Shown here in pieces: positions 35,517-43,822 of a DNA stretch of 53,218 nucleotides (position 1 is its first letter; each line of letters starts with the position of its first letter). A program made the translations under genes and the position numbers. The stretch comes from a virus (lineage: Duplodnaviria; Caudoviricetes). The DNA lies in IMG/VR virus record IMGVR_UViG_3300037150_000044, positions 1-53,218 of that record. The stretch is one strand, 5' to 3'. The notes beneath the pieces were generated by a model, which saw nothing but the letters and a program-made list of their open reading frames with translations, was not told the DNA's origin and did not search any database.

Positions 35517-38302
35517 TTTTTCCAGCACCCTCCCACATGAAAGTCAAATTCCATAACTACCTTATGCATCTTCTCAGAGGCGGCACGTTTGAAGGCATCC
35601 CCTACTAAATTAGCGACTATCTTCCCAAATCGGGCAGGGCATTGTATAACCAACTCATCGTGGACCATTTTTATTAGTTTTGCCCGGTATTTCGGCAAGG
35701 TATGCCACAGATAGGGAATGTCATCTTTATCGTAACCTGATCCCATAGCTAGTTTTATTATGGTAGAATTAGTGCCCTGAATCCTATGGTTCTTGCCCTG
35801 CCGCTCGACACCGCCCTTCATGCCGTGCATCGTGTGCCCAATCTCGTTCGGAGTAGGCTCACGGTGGGTCAGGTCGTAAAGTTCATCCTCATCTGGTTTT
35901 CGCATGTTCATCTTGATGAAGAGTTCAACTTTGGCCTCGGCCTCGTCTTCATCCAACCGCAGCTTCTTTTCCTTGTCCTCTTTGCAACGCTCCTTAGCCA
36001 GTGCCCACGTAGGCTCTGGGAACAACCGGCGTCGTCCAAACATATCGAACGAGCGACCGTACATCAGCGCATCCTTGCCAGACTTCTCAAGGTACTTCCA
36101 GATGCGCGGGAACTTGGCCTCGTGAATCGCCATCAGTTGTTCGCAGACTTCGAGAGACTTCTTGATGCGCTTCGACAGTGTACCAGCAGTACCGCCGTAC
36201 GCCAAGAGGAAGTTAGTCGCCTTGTTGCCATTGCGCTCTTCTTCGTGAACTGGGCACTTGCACTTCTGGCGCATCGGTTCACCAACTGTTGCCTTGGGGA
36301 ACTTGATGATCGTCTCCGCTGTGTGCAGTTTGTAGTAGTCGCACCAGTACGGAGCTTCTTTCTCGGTCTTCTTGTTGAAGAGCATCTGACCGTCATACGC
36401 GCTAGACGACCAAACCTCCTGCTTCATAATCTCGGTGCCTACCGAGTGGACATCCTCTCCTCTGTTGAACGCGCCAATCCAGATCGGATCGTCGGCAAGC
36501 TCAGCGATGATGCGAAGCTCTGCACCGGACATATCAGCAGTGACGATGACGTACTCTTCAGCCTTGGTCTGAGAAATAGAAATCTCTTTGAAGCATCCTC
36601 CACACACGTATATGTTTCCGTTGTTAGTTCCTTCGTGGTAGTATTGCTTGCACTCAGCCTCGCAGCACGTACTAATACGAATGCTTTCGTCTGGCGGGTC
36701 TGCGATGAAGCAGCTTCGCACAGCCTCGTCCTGTGGTAGGTTCTGGCCGTTCGGCTTCTCAGACGATGACCGGCCTGTTTCCGCGTCATACTGATTGTAG
36801 ACGCAGTGCAGCCTTCCGTCGCCGGGGTTGAGCCAGCCTTCCTCTTTGCACGGCTTGGTTGCCCACTCCAGTGCCCACTGATCGCCGTACGTTCCGATTT
36901 CCTTGCCGAGTCCGTGAAACTTACGGATGGCGGCCATGATCGCGTAGCCCTTGTCCTCGTACTTCTCCAGCACCTCGTCATCGAGCGACTTGACTGCGCC
37001 GAGACCCTTCATGGTTTGGATCACAGCCAACAGTTGCTTGTCGGAACCATAGTTGATGAGTGCCTTGCCGTCACACTTCTTGGCAAGGTTCTTCACCTTG
37101 GTTCGTTTCTTCTTCATGTCGGCGCACGCCGTTTTGTAAATCTCCTTGTCGGCTTTGCGCTTGCCTTCCAGTTGTGCGCGGTTCAGGTCGAGCATTGCTG
37201 CTAGATCAGTATTGCCAGCCTTAGTCGCTTCTCGTATCTGCTTCTTGAGCGCAAGCTCCTCGGCAGTTACGTTGTTGTACTGCTTCCACACGGCCTCGGC
37301 TGCTTCTATTTCCGCATCCGTACTAATCTCCGTCTTGTCACCCACGATGGGCAGGAAGAACGGATCAAGCAAGTTGTCGATAAGATCGCGAAGTTCGTCT
37401 TTCGATCCTTGAACGCGTGCAAGCCACTTCAGTCGGTCGAGACGCTCCCCGTGAATGTGCATATCCTCGAACGCGCCTATAGCGCCGTTCTCAATGCTGA
37501 CCACTTCCTTCAGGTTGTCACCTAAGATGACAGGTTCGCCCGTGCCTTGAATCTTCGGCTCAAGGTGCATATAGAACTTCTGCTGCGTCGGGTTCATATC
37601 GCGCAGCTTCTTGCCAGCGAGTACCGCACTCTGGATTGCCTTCAACGCTAATGGTGAACGCGTATCGAATGCGGCGTAGTTGATCTGGCCGGGGATGAGT
37701 TTGTCCGTAAGGTTGAATGACTCCTGATAGTCCTTGTCGATAGTCAGTCCCATGTAACGTTCCATCATGCTGTTCATGGAGTAGAACGCGTAGTGCTTGA
37801 GCGAGTGTGCCCCGGCCCAGATCGCCTTCTCAGCCATACCACAGTCGTAGAAGTTGAACGTGCGCTTGCCAAAGAGCCAGTACATCGTCTGGTATTCAAA
37901 CCCAAGGCTCACACCAACCTTGAGGTAGTCACGCGAACACAACACCGGCTCTAGCGCGTCTTGAAGCTCAAGCATCTTTGGAGTCAGTGCGGCTCCGTAC
38001 TTGCCTTGCATACTGTGAAGCAGGTCAGGATCGTTGTCTGCGAATGGCAGCAGGTCGATCACGTATTGCTCTTCTGCGTCTCCGAACTGCTGGGTACGGC
38101 AGCGGCGGAAGTAGAAGTCTTTGACTGGTGTGGTTTCCACGTCGAATCCCAACTGCGGTATCTTCCGCGTCTTCACCTTCTGAAAGAACTCAGTGAGTTT
38201 TCCAAGACCAGTGTAGGATTCGATTAGTGTGACGTTCATTGGCGGGTCAAGCTCTTCCCATACGAGAGGCTTTAGGTTCGGGTGTACAGCTACAGGTTGC
38301 AT
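35513..38302 (-). CDS. polA: DNA polymerase family A with 3'-5' exonuclease
   Basis: ExoI FDVET, YAAFD, TGRSSSEKPNGQNLP, motif A ADMSGAELR, motif B RNGNKATNFLLAYG, NHRIQGT, motif C VHDEL. Confidence 0.95.
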   Translation of the reverse strand: MQPVAVHPNLKPLVWEELDPPMNVTLIESYTGLGKLTEFFQKVKTRKIPQLGFDVETTPVKDFYFRRCRTQQFGDAEEQYVIDLLPFADNDPDLLHSMQGKYGAALTPKMLELQDALEPVLCSRDYLKVGVSLGFEYQTMYWLFGKRTFNFYDCGMAEKAIWAGAHSLKHYAFYSMNSMMERYMGLTIDKDYQESFNLTDKLIPGQINYAAFDTRSPLALKAIQSAVLAGKKLRDMNPTQQKFYMHLEPKIQGTGEPVILGDNLKEVVSIENGAIGAFEDMHIHGERLDRLKWLARVQGSKDELRDLIDNLLDPFFLPIVGDKTEISTDAEIEAAEAVWKQYNNVTAEELALKKQIREATKAGNTDLAAMLDLNRAQLEGKRKADKEIYKTACADMKKKRTKVKNLAKKCDGKALINYGSDKQLLAVIQTMKGLGAVKSLDDEVLEKYEDKGYAIMAAIRKFHGLGKEIGTYGDQWALEWATKPCKEEGWLNPGDGRLHCVYNQYDAETGRSSSEKPNGQNLPQDEAVRSCFIADPPDESIRISTCCEAECKQYYHEGTNNGNIYVCGGCFKEISISQTKAEEYVIVTADMSGAELRIIAELADDPIWIGAFNRGEDVHSVGTEIMKQEVWSSSAYDGQMLFNKKTEKEAPYWCDYYKLHTAETIIKFPKATVGEPMRQKCKCPVHEEERNGNKATNFLLAYGGTAGTLSKRIKKSLEVCEQLMAIHEAKFPRIWKYLEKSGKDALMYGRSFDMFGRRRLFPEPTWALAKERCKEDKEKKLRLDEDEAEAKVELFIKMNMRKPDEDELYDLTHREPTPNEIGHTMHGMKGGVERQGKNHRIQGTNSTIIKLAMGSGYDKDDIPYLWHTLPKYRAKLIKMVHDELVIQCPARFGKIVANLVGDAFKRAASEKMHKVVMEFDFHVGGCWKK

Positions 38303-38367
38303 GTTCTCTTTCGGTTCGGTGCCCTCGGAGCGTACCCACTTCGTCGCTCTTCTCAGGATCAACACTC

Positions 38368-38454
38368 ATGATAACACAGGTCTTGACCCTTGTCAACATT
38401 CCAATTTGGAAATTTGAAATTCTGTTGACTTTTCGGTCCCTTATATGATACAAT
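38368..38454. promoter_or_regulatory. divergent sigma70 promoters (polA leftward, RNase H rightward)
   Basis: Minus strand TTGACA...TATCAT; plus strand TTGACT...TACAAT. Confidence 0.65.
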
Positions 38455-38460
38455 AAAGGA

Positions 38461-38898
38461 ATGAAAACGCACACTTTACATTTCGATGGCTCATGTTGGC
38501 CTAACCCGGCTGGCATAGCGGCGTTCGGCTACGTACTTCAAGGAGAAGACCTGCGTCTTGATAAATCGGGTGTGATCGGAACCGGACCAGAGATGAGTAA
38601 CAATTTGGCCGAATTCTATGCGTTGGCAAAAGGACTTGAAGCGTATGCAGAAAACATAGGCTCAGGTCACCTTCAAGTTTTTGGGGATAGCGAAATGGTC
38701 ATCAAAATGATGAACCGGGTTTTGCGTACCCAAGAACTGAAGGGAAATCCAGATAAACTTTACTACCCGGCGTACGAGGGAGCGGTAGAGATTATGAACA
38801 CATTGTTGCTTCGCGGAACCAAGATCGATTTTTCGTGGATACCGCGCGAGGAAAACACAGTGTGTGACGACTTGAGCAAAGCTCACAATAATAAATAA
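38461..38898 (+). CDS. rnhA: Ribonuclease HI
   Basis: FDGS..PNP, NNLAEFYAL, GDSEMV, WIPREEN..CDDLS. Confidence 0.92.
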   Translation: MKTHTLHFDGSCWPNPAGIAAFGYVLQGEDLRLDKSGVIGTGPEMSNNLAEFYALAKGLEAYAENIGSGHLQVFGDSEMVIKMMNRVLRTQELKGNPDKLYYPAYEGAVEIMNTLLLRGTKIDFSWIPREENTVCDDLSKAHNNK

Positions 38899-39757
38899 AA
38901 ATAGGTGTTGACATTCTCGACCGACTGTGATATCTTTGTAAAACAAGGGCTTGGACTGTAAGTCCTACAGAAGTACAGTACAAATCGAGAAAAGTAAGAG
39001 CATTCTGGGTAAGACCAGTTTCTCCGGGCTACGCAGGGGTAGTGATCCCCTCACAAGTTTACCGCTAATTCTATTGGATTCAGTAGTTTATGAACTCCAG
39101 TAGTAGTACGCGAAGTGGTGGCGCGTCCCGGTCAATAAAAACGTTTAGTCAAAAATGCTCATCAAACTGGTGACTGGTATCATTCATTCGAGACTGATTC
39201 TAAGGTGTTCATATCCTTAGGAGGTCGTGGGTGAGGAGGGGAGGGTCACTCTCAGTGCTATCCGACAGGAATACTCTATTCTTTTACACTGTTCTAAGCG
39301 TTCAGACAACGGCTTGGGATCGCGTACTAAGAACGGAGGGGAGGAAAGCCGAAGGTGTATCTAAAAGGAGAACACGTTGAATTTCAAGCCTAAAAGTCCT
39401 ACAAGTCTTTCAATGTCAAAGATTTACAGGGATAACAACAACACCACAAACTATCAAACAAAGGGATTGAGGCGGTTGTCGGTGTTCAGCGATAGGGAAG
39501 GAATCGTGGTATATGTCCCTCCAAAGCCTTCAAATACAGCCCACTAGGGGTTTATTTTCATCAATGTTTATGCGGATTTGCCAGCGCGGGGTATTGACAA
39601 ATGCCAAAAGTAGTGCTAAGATAGTAACTAGGAGTTGAGCATAGGAGCCACCCGGATACGCGAGTTCGCAAGAACTTCCACCGGGGGACGACACGCAAGA
39701 TCGGGGCGGGCCTCCTCCTACGGCAGCAATGTCGTACCCGCCCCACTAAGAGGATTT

Positions 39758-40021
39758 ATGAACACAGGAATGGAAGCTGGCAATACAAACGAGAACCTAC
39801 GCGGAACTGATCGTGATGTCGTCGTAGCCCAGAGCAAAGCGAAGGAGGGTCTGCCCAGTGCAGAAGACCTCGATGCCGTAGCAATGGAGCATGAGATGAC
39901 GCAGGCAACCGCAAAGGCTCTCGAACAAGACCCTAACGTTGATTATGTATCCCGCGAGGAGTTTGAAAGTTTACTTGCGCGTATTGATTCGTTCAACTCT
40001 AGATCAGGTCACAAACTTTAG
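39758..40021 (+). CDS. hypothetical protein (87 aa)
   Basis: SD AGAGGA; upstream promoter TTGACA...TAAGAT at 39594-39622. Confidence 0.7.
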   Translation: MNTGMEAGNTNENLRGTDRDVVVAQSKAKEGLPSAEDLDAVAMEHEMTQATAKALEQDPNVDYVSREEFESLLARIDSFNSRSGHKL

Positions 40022-40094
40022 GCATCTAGCACAATGGTAGTGCGCTCCGCTGTTACCGGAAGGGTTGAGGGTTCGAGTCCCCCGTTGCCTGCCA
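40020..40094 (+). tRNA. tRNA-Asn(GTT)
   Basis: Cloverleaf with anticodon loop CTGTTAC, TTCGAGT loop, G discriminator and CCA; some stem mismatches. Confidence 0.85.
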
Positions 40095-40188
40095 TTTTCT
40101 CAGAGTGTCAACCACTAAACTGCGCCGTCCGAAAAGGAACCAACGGTGTCATAAGGCAGTGTGCTGAGAATCCCGAACGGGAATAAAG

Positions 40189-40218
40189 TTGACATAAGTA
40201 ACGTGAGTGCGGTATAAT
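40189..40218 (+). promoter_or_regulatory. consensus sigma70 promoter upstream of tRNA-Thr
   Basis: TTGACA...TATAAT. Another TTGACA...TACAAT lies at 40314-40342. Confidence 0.8.
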
Positions 40219-40236
40219 GATCCCGTACGGTAATTT

Positions 40237-40312
40237 GCCAGCGTAGCTCAATGGGAAGAGCAACGCACCTGTAATGCGAAGGTTGGGAGTTCAAGTCTCT
40301 TCGTTGGCTCCA
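40237..40312 (+). tRNA. tRNA-Thr(TGT), with C33 in place of U33
   Basis: GCCAGCG/CGTTGGC acceptor stem, loop CCTGTAA, TTCAAGT, TCCA end. Confidence 0.85.
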
Positions 40313-40451
40313 CTTGACAACCGTGTTCACTTCCGGTACAATAGATGAAGATTGAAGTCTCCCGTAAATCCGGGGGCGTTTGGAGGGACCGAGAAACCTC
40401 TCTGCGTAACGCTTAGGCGTGGTGCCCGCAAAGTAGGCACAGACATTCAGT

Positions 40452-40526
40452 GGGCGATTGGTATAGTTGGGAACACACTACCCTTGCGCGGTTGAGTCTA
40501 CGGTTCGACCCCGTAATTGTCCACCA
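40452..40526 (+). tRNA. tRNA-Ala(TGC)
   Basis: GGGCGAT/ATTGTCC with G3:U70, loop CTTGCGC, ACCA end. Confidence 0.88.
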
Positions 40527-40866
40527 ATTTGAATCTGGTATGCCGTCCAAGGACAAAACGGCTTGAGTTTGAAATGCACGGCCCTTCGGGGATACAGCCG
40601 TGACATAGCTGGATACCGTCAGACGGCTTCGGTCGTACGGGTCGCAATGCCAGCCGTCCATTGCAAACGTGAGCATGAGTCAATTTGAACTTGTCGGTTC
40701 CCTTTGTCCCGAACCGTCACTGCGACGGAGCAGTAACAATTCCGCTCAACACCCGCGCAAGCGGGACATTTTACAACGCGCACCCTCTATCCCATTTGAT
40801 CAATCTGGGTAGCTAACAGAGGTGCCGTGCCCGTATCAAAATCGGGCAATATCTGGGGCCAACATC

Positions 40867-41301
40867 ATGAAGACTGAAGTAAGACTCAAACGAGGAGCCT
40901 TGTCACACTTCAGGAAGCTGGCCCGCAACTCGCCCAACGAGCTTATGGCTTTGTTGATCGGTGAAGTGGTGAACGCTAAGCTGACAGTAGTTGACAGCTT
41001 TGAGTACGCCAAGGAATATGCAGAGAGCAGCCCGAGCAGGGTTGTGTGGTATCAATCAGAACTTGAACGAGTTCAGAAGAAAGCAGAGGCGCGTGGGAGA
41101 CGCGTTGTAGGCTTCATTCACTCGCATCCTCAATGGGATGCTGTGATGTCGCTTGCTGATTCAGAAGTTGTGATGCACTACGGCTACCGCATTTGCGGTA
41201 TCGTCAGCACACACGGGCGCAAGACGCGCACACGCTTCTGGGTCACCGATAGTTGTCTTCCGAGCGAAATCAAATATGTCAAAAAGGCTACAGGCTCCTA
41301 G
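40867..41301 (+). CDS. JAB/MPN (JAMM) metallopeptidase domain protein
   Basis: PNELMALLIG...VVGFIHSHPQWDAVMSLAD matches E...HxH-x7-S-x2-D. Confidence 0.85.
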   Translation: MKTEVRLKRGALSHFRKLARNSPNELMALLIGEVVNAKLTVVDSFEYAKEYAESSPSRVVWYQSELERVQKKAEARGRRVVGFIHSHPQWDAVMSLADSEVVMHYGYRICGIVSTHGRKTRTRFWVTDSCLPSEIKYVKKATGS

Positions 41302-41590
41302 ATACAAAGCGTTGATTGCGTACCTTGAAGGTGTCATGGTTGACCCTAAAGCTACCGGCGAGAAGCGCATGAAGGCGGCTATAAAGCTGCACGAATTCTA
41401 CCTTGAGTTCGAGGCCGGGGACAGTCGAGCTAAGGCTCACGCCCGAAAGTTAGAGTTGCGAAAGTTGCAGATCGAGAATCCTAACCTTCCGTTGCCCGCA
41501 TCGGAGATAGAGCGCACGCCCCTTGAGGATGATACAGTTGACGAAGCCGTTGCCTTCATCAAGAGCGGAGGTAAGAGTGCAAGCGTTTAG
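41276..41590 (+). CDS. hypothetical protein (104 aa), possible small terminase
   Basis: Helical protein upstream of terL. Function is speculative. Confidence 0.6.
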   Translation: MSKRLQAPRYKALIAYLEGVMVDPKATGEKRMKAAIKLHEFYLEFEAGDSRAKAHARKLELRKLQIENPNLPLPASEIERTPLEDDTVDEAVAFIKSGGKSASV

Positions 41591-41801
41591 TGTAACTGTA
41601 GAGGACGCGCAGCAGTTTGCTAAGGTCTGGAACTACAAGGGCATTGCAATGCCTCTCGACAAGATTCATTGCCAATTCGCTTGTGACTACGCGAACGTAG
41701 CAATACGCAGCTTCATGCAGTACATTGCAGAGCAGGCCGCTGCTAAGAAGAAGGCAGCCGAGGAAGCAGCGAAACCGAAGATCACATTGGAGACCGCATG
41801 A
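41577..41801 (+). CDS. hypothetical protein
   Basis: SD GGAGG before the GTG. Confidence 0.65.
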   Translation: MQAFSVTVEDAQQFAKVWNYKGIAMPLDKIHCQFACDYANVAIRSFMQYIAEQAAAKKKAAEEAAKPKITLETA

Positions 41802-41950
41802 GCGAACCGATCGAACAGCAACGCGCAGGCAACGACGTTTCTGTTTCAAAGGTAACTTTAGCGAAAACTGCGCAGCCATTTATGTGCCCCGAGTGCGGGC
41901 AGCGATACCCTCCGATCACTTATCCGATCAGCCAGAAGAACCCTTACTAA
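41798..41950 (+). CDS. small CPEC protein (50 aa, not in ORF track)
   Basis: MSEPIEQQ...FMCPECGQRYPP...; ATGA overlap. Confidence 0.55.
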   Translation: MSEPIEQQRAGNDVSVSKVTLAKTAQPFMCPECGQRYPPITYPISQKNPY

Positions 41951-41962
41951 AGGAGAATCACC

Positions 41963-42139
41963 ATACTTTATCAACGACCTAGTTTTACTTTGCCTGCTAA
42001 GAGTCCTGTGACTAGCGAGAAAAACTGGGATAGAGCTTTTTTGACTGAGGAGCAGTTTGAATCTAAATACGGACCTAATGAGTACTGGGCGGCGATCCCA
42101 ATAGATAGCGTCCCCGACGCTACAGGTTTTTCAGAGTAA
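41963..42139 (+). CDS. 58-aa protein with probable ATA start (not in ORF track)
   Basis: AAAGGAG-7nt-ATA CTT TAT CAA..., open to the TAA just before a terminator. Confidence 0.5.
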   Translation: MLYQRPSFTLPAKSPVTSEKNWDRAFLTEEQFESKYGPNEYWAAIPIDSVPDATGFSE

Positions 42140-42169
42140 CGGCTTCCTTCGGGGAGCCGTTTTCATTTG
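42138..42169 (+). terminator. Rho-independent terminator
   Basis: aacggcttcc-ttcg-gggagccgtt followed by ttcattt. Confidence 0.8.
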
Positions 42170-42186
42170 CGTTGGAGGTTCTGCTG

Positions 42187-42729
42187 ATGGGCGATAGAAC
42201 AATAGACATGTCCGGAAAACGGATCGGCAAGTTGCACTGCCTTCGCAAGTCGGATAAAAAGTTGTACGGTAGTAACCAAGCTATTTGGGAATGCAAGTGC
42301 GACTGCGGTAATGAGATTCTAGTTCCGGGCCAAGCTCTGCGTAAGGACACGACTAGATCGTGCCGCGATTGCTATACTTCCGGTAGTCGAGTTATAGGTA
42401 CCACTAGAAACACATTGTACCTGCAATGCCGCCAAGGAGCTAACGACAGGGGTTATGATTTTTCTATAACCCGCGAAGAGTTTGCTGGCATCATATCCAA
42501 AGATTGTCGCTACTGCGGAATAAAGCCTTTTGCAACGCGAGGCCCGGAGTGGGACAGAGTAGTTTACAATGGTGTGGATAGGGAAGATAACACCCGAGGA
42601 TATGTTTTAGATAATTGTGTGCCTTGCTGTAAGGTGTGTAACGTTGCCAAGCGTTCCCTTACGGTCGAAGAGTTTTTGACATGGGTAAGGCGGATTTATG
42701 AGCACAATTATGGAGGAAGTAATACCTAG
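42187..42729 (+). CDS. HNH-type homing endonuclease
   Basis: WECKCDCG, CRYCG, GVDREDNTRGY..DNCVPCCKVCNVAK. Confidence 0.88.
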   Translation: MGDRTIDMSGKRIGKLHCLRKSDKKLYGSNQAIWECKCDCGNEILVPGQALRKDTTRSCRDCYTSGSRVIGTTRNTLYLQCRQGANDRGYDFSITREEFAGIISKDCRYCGIKPFATRGPEWDRVVYNGVDREDNTRGYVLDNCVPCCKVCNVAKRSLTVEEFLTWVRRIYEHNYGGSNT

Positions 42730-43213
42730 ACTGTGGGTTGGCGATGATGCCGCCTACGAGAGGGTAAAAGACAATTCAAGTTGGAAGACTCTACGGTGTT
42801 GTAAATTTGGTCCGGGTGGTCACAAAGAAACTCTGAAATACCCATCCAACGCCGCTCCGAAAGGGCCGGATTACCTGTCAGTTGAACGCCCTAATCGTAT
42901 GGCGTTGAATTACATCGACGCGCACGATCCGAACCTAATCCCGCTGGCAATGGTTGAAGCGGGTCTGAGATACATCGACAAGCAGTTGGCTGCTGGCAGC
43001 AAAGTCCTTGTTGCCTGCAACGCTGGTCACTCCCGTGGCCCTACCACTGCGCTTCTCTACCTGAGAGCAATCGGTGACCTGACAGGTAGCTTTCATCAAT
43101 CTGAGAACCTGTTCAGAACAATTTACGATAAGTACGACCCCGGTATAGGTACGCGAACATTCGCGCATAGCAACTGGGATTACTTCAAGAATTACTTACG
43201 AAAGGAAAATTGA
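42698..43213 (+). CDS. dual-specificity (CX5R) phosphatase
   Basis: EVIPRLWVGD...KVLVACNAGHSRGPT. Confidence 0.85.
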   Translation: MSTIMEEVIPRLWVGDDAAYERVKDNSSWKTLRCCKFGPGGHKETLKYPSNAAPKGPDYLSVERPNRMALNYIDAHDPNLIPLAMVEAGLRYIDKQLAAGSKVLVACNAGHSRGPTTALLYLRAIGDLTGSFHQSENLFRTIYDKYDPGIGTRTFAHSNWDYFKNYLRKEN

Positions 43214-43214
43214 A

Positions 43215-43583
43215 ATGGCAGAATGGAAATCAGCAGTCGCAGAACACATGGGCGGCCACCACGAAGGCGAGAAGCCAGCTAAAAAGATCAAAAGTATTGA
43301 ACACCATCATTCCGCAAATGGAGACCACGTTCTGGTTCATAAGCATACCCACCCCGAACACCACCCGGACGAGGAACACACGAAACGAGGAGATGATGAA
43401 TTAGTGCATCACATGCTCAAGCACGCGGGAACACCGAACGAGGGCGAAGCAGAGTCCGAGCCTAACGCAGCAGCAGCTATGAGTGACCCAGCCAATGCCG
43501 CAGCAGCGGGCGCACCGCCAGCCGCAGCAGCACCGGCAGGAGCACCGGCACCAGCAGCTATGCCAGCCGCAGGGGGTATGTAA
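43215..43583 (+). CDS. His-rich protein with Ala/Pro tail
   Basis: SD AAGGA; many His clusters. Confidence 0.7.
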   Translation: MAEWKSAVAEHMGGHHEGEKPAKKIKSIEHHHSANGDHVLVHKHTHPEHHPDEEHTKRGDDELVHHMLKHAGTPNEGEAESEPNAAAAMSDPANAAAAGAPPAAAAPAGAPAPAAMPAAGGM

Positions 43584-43801
43584 TGAAGAACCATTCACTG
43601 CACCGCGCTTTAGCGCACTTGAATCACGGCGGCCTGCATCGCGCGCTCGGCGTTCCTGAGGGCGAGACCATCCCAGAGGAAAAGCTGGACAAGGCCAAGA
43701 ATAGTACCAACCCACACATCGCAAAGATGGCGCAGTTCGCACATACGATGGAAGGTTGGAAGCACGGCGGTGACAAAGATCACGACGCCGACGATAAGTA
43801 G
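43583..43801 (+). CDS. small phage protein (GGLHRALGVPEGETIP family)
   Basis: TAATG overlap; recognisable motif. Confidence 0.75.
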   Translation: MKNHSLHRALAHLNHGGLHRALGVPEGETIPEEKLDKAKNSTNPHIAKMAQFAHTMEGWKHGGDKDHDADDK

Positions 43802-43822
43802 ACATCATGACCGGGGAGGGTT

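Noticed and set aside
53-38227. Numerous long plus-strand ORFs opposite minus-strand genes, and the reverse after 38.4 kb
   Set aside because: Antisense shadows of GC3-rich genes, without SD sequences or recognisable motifs.
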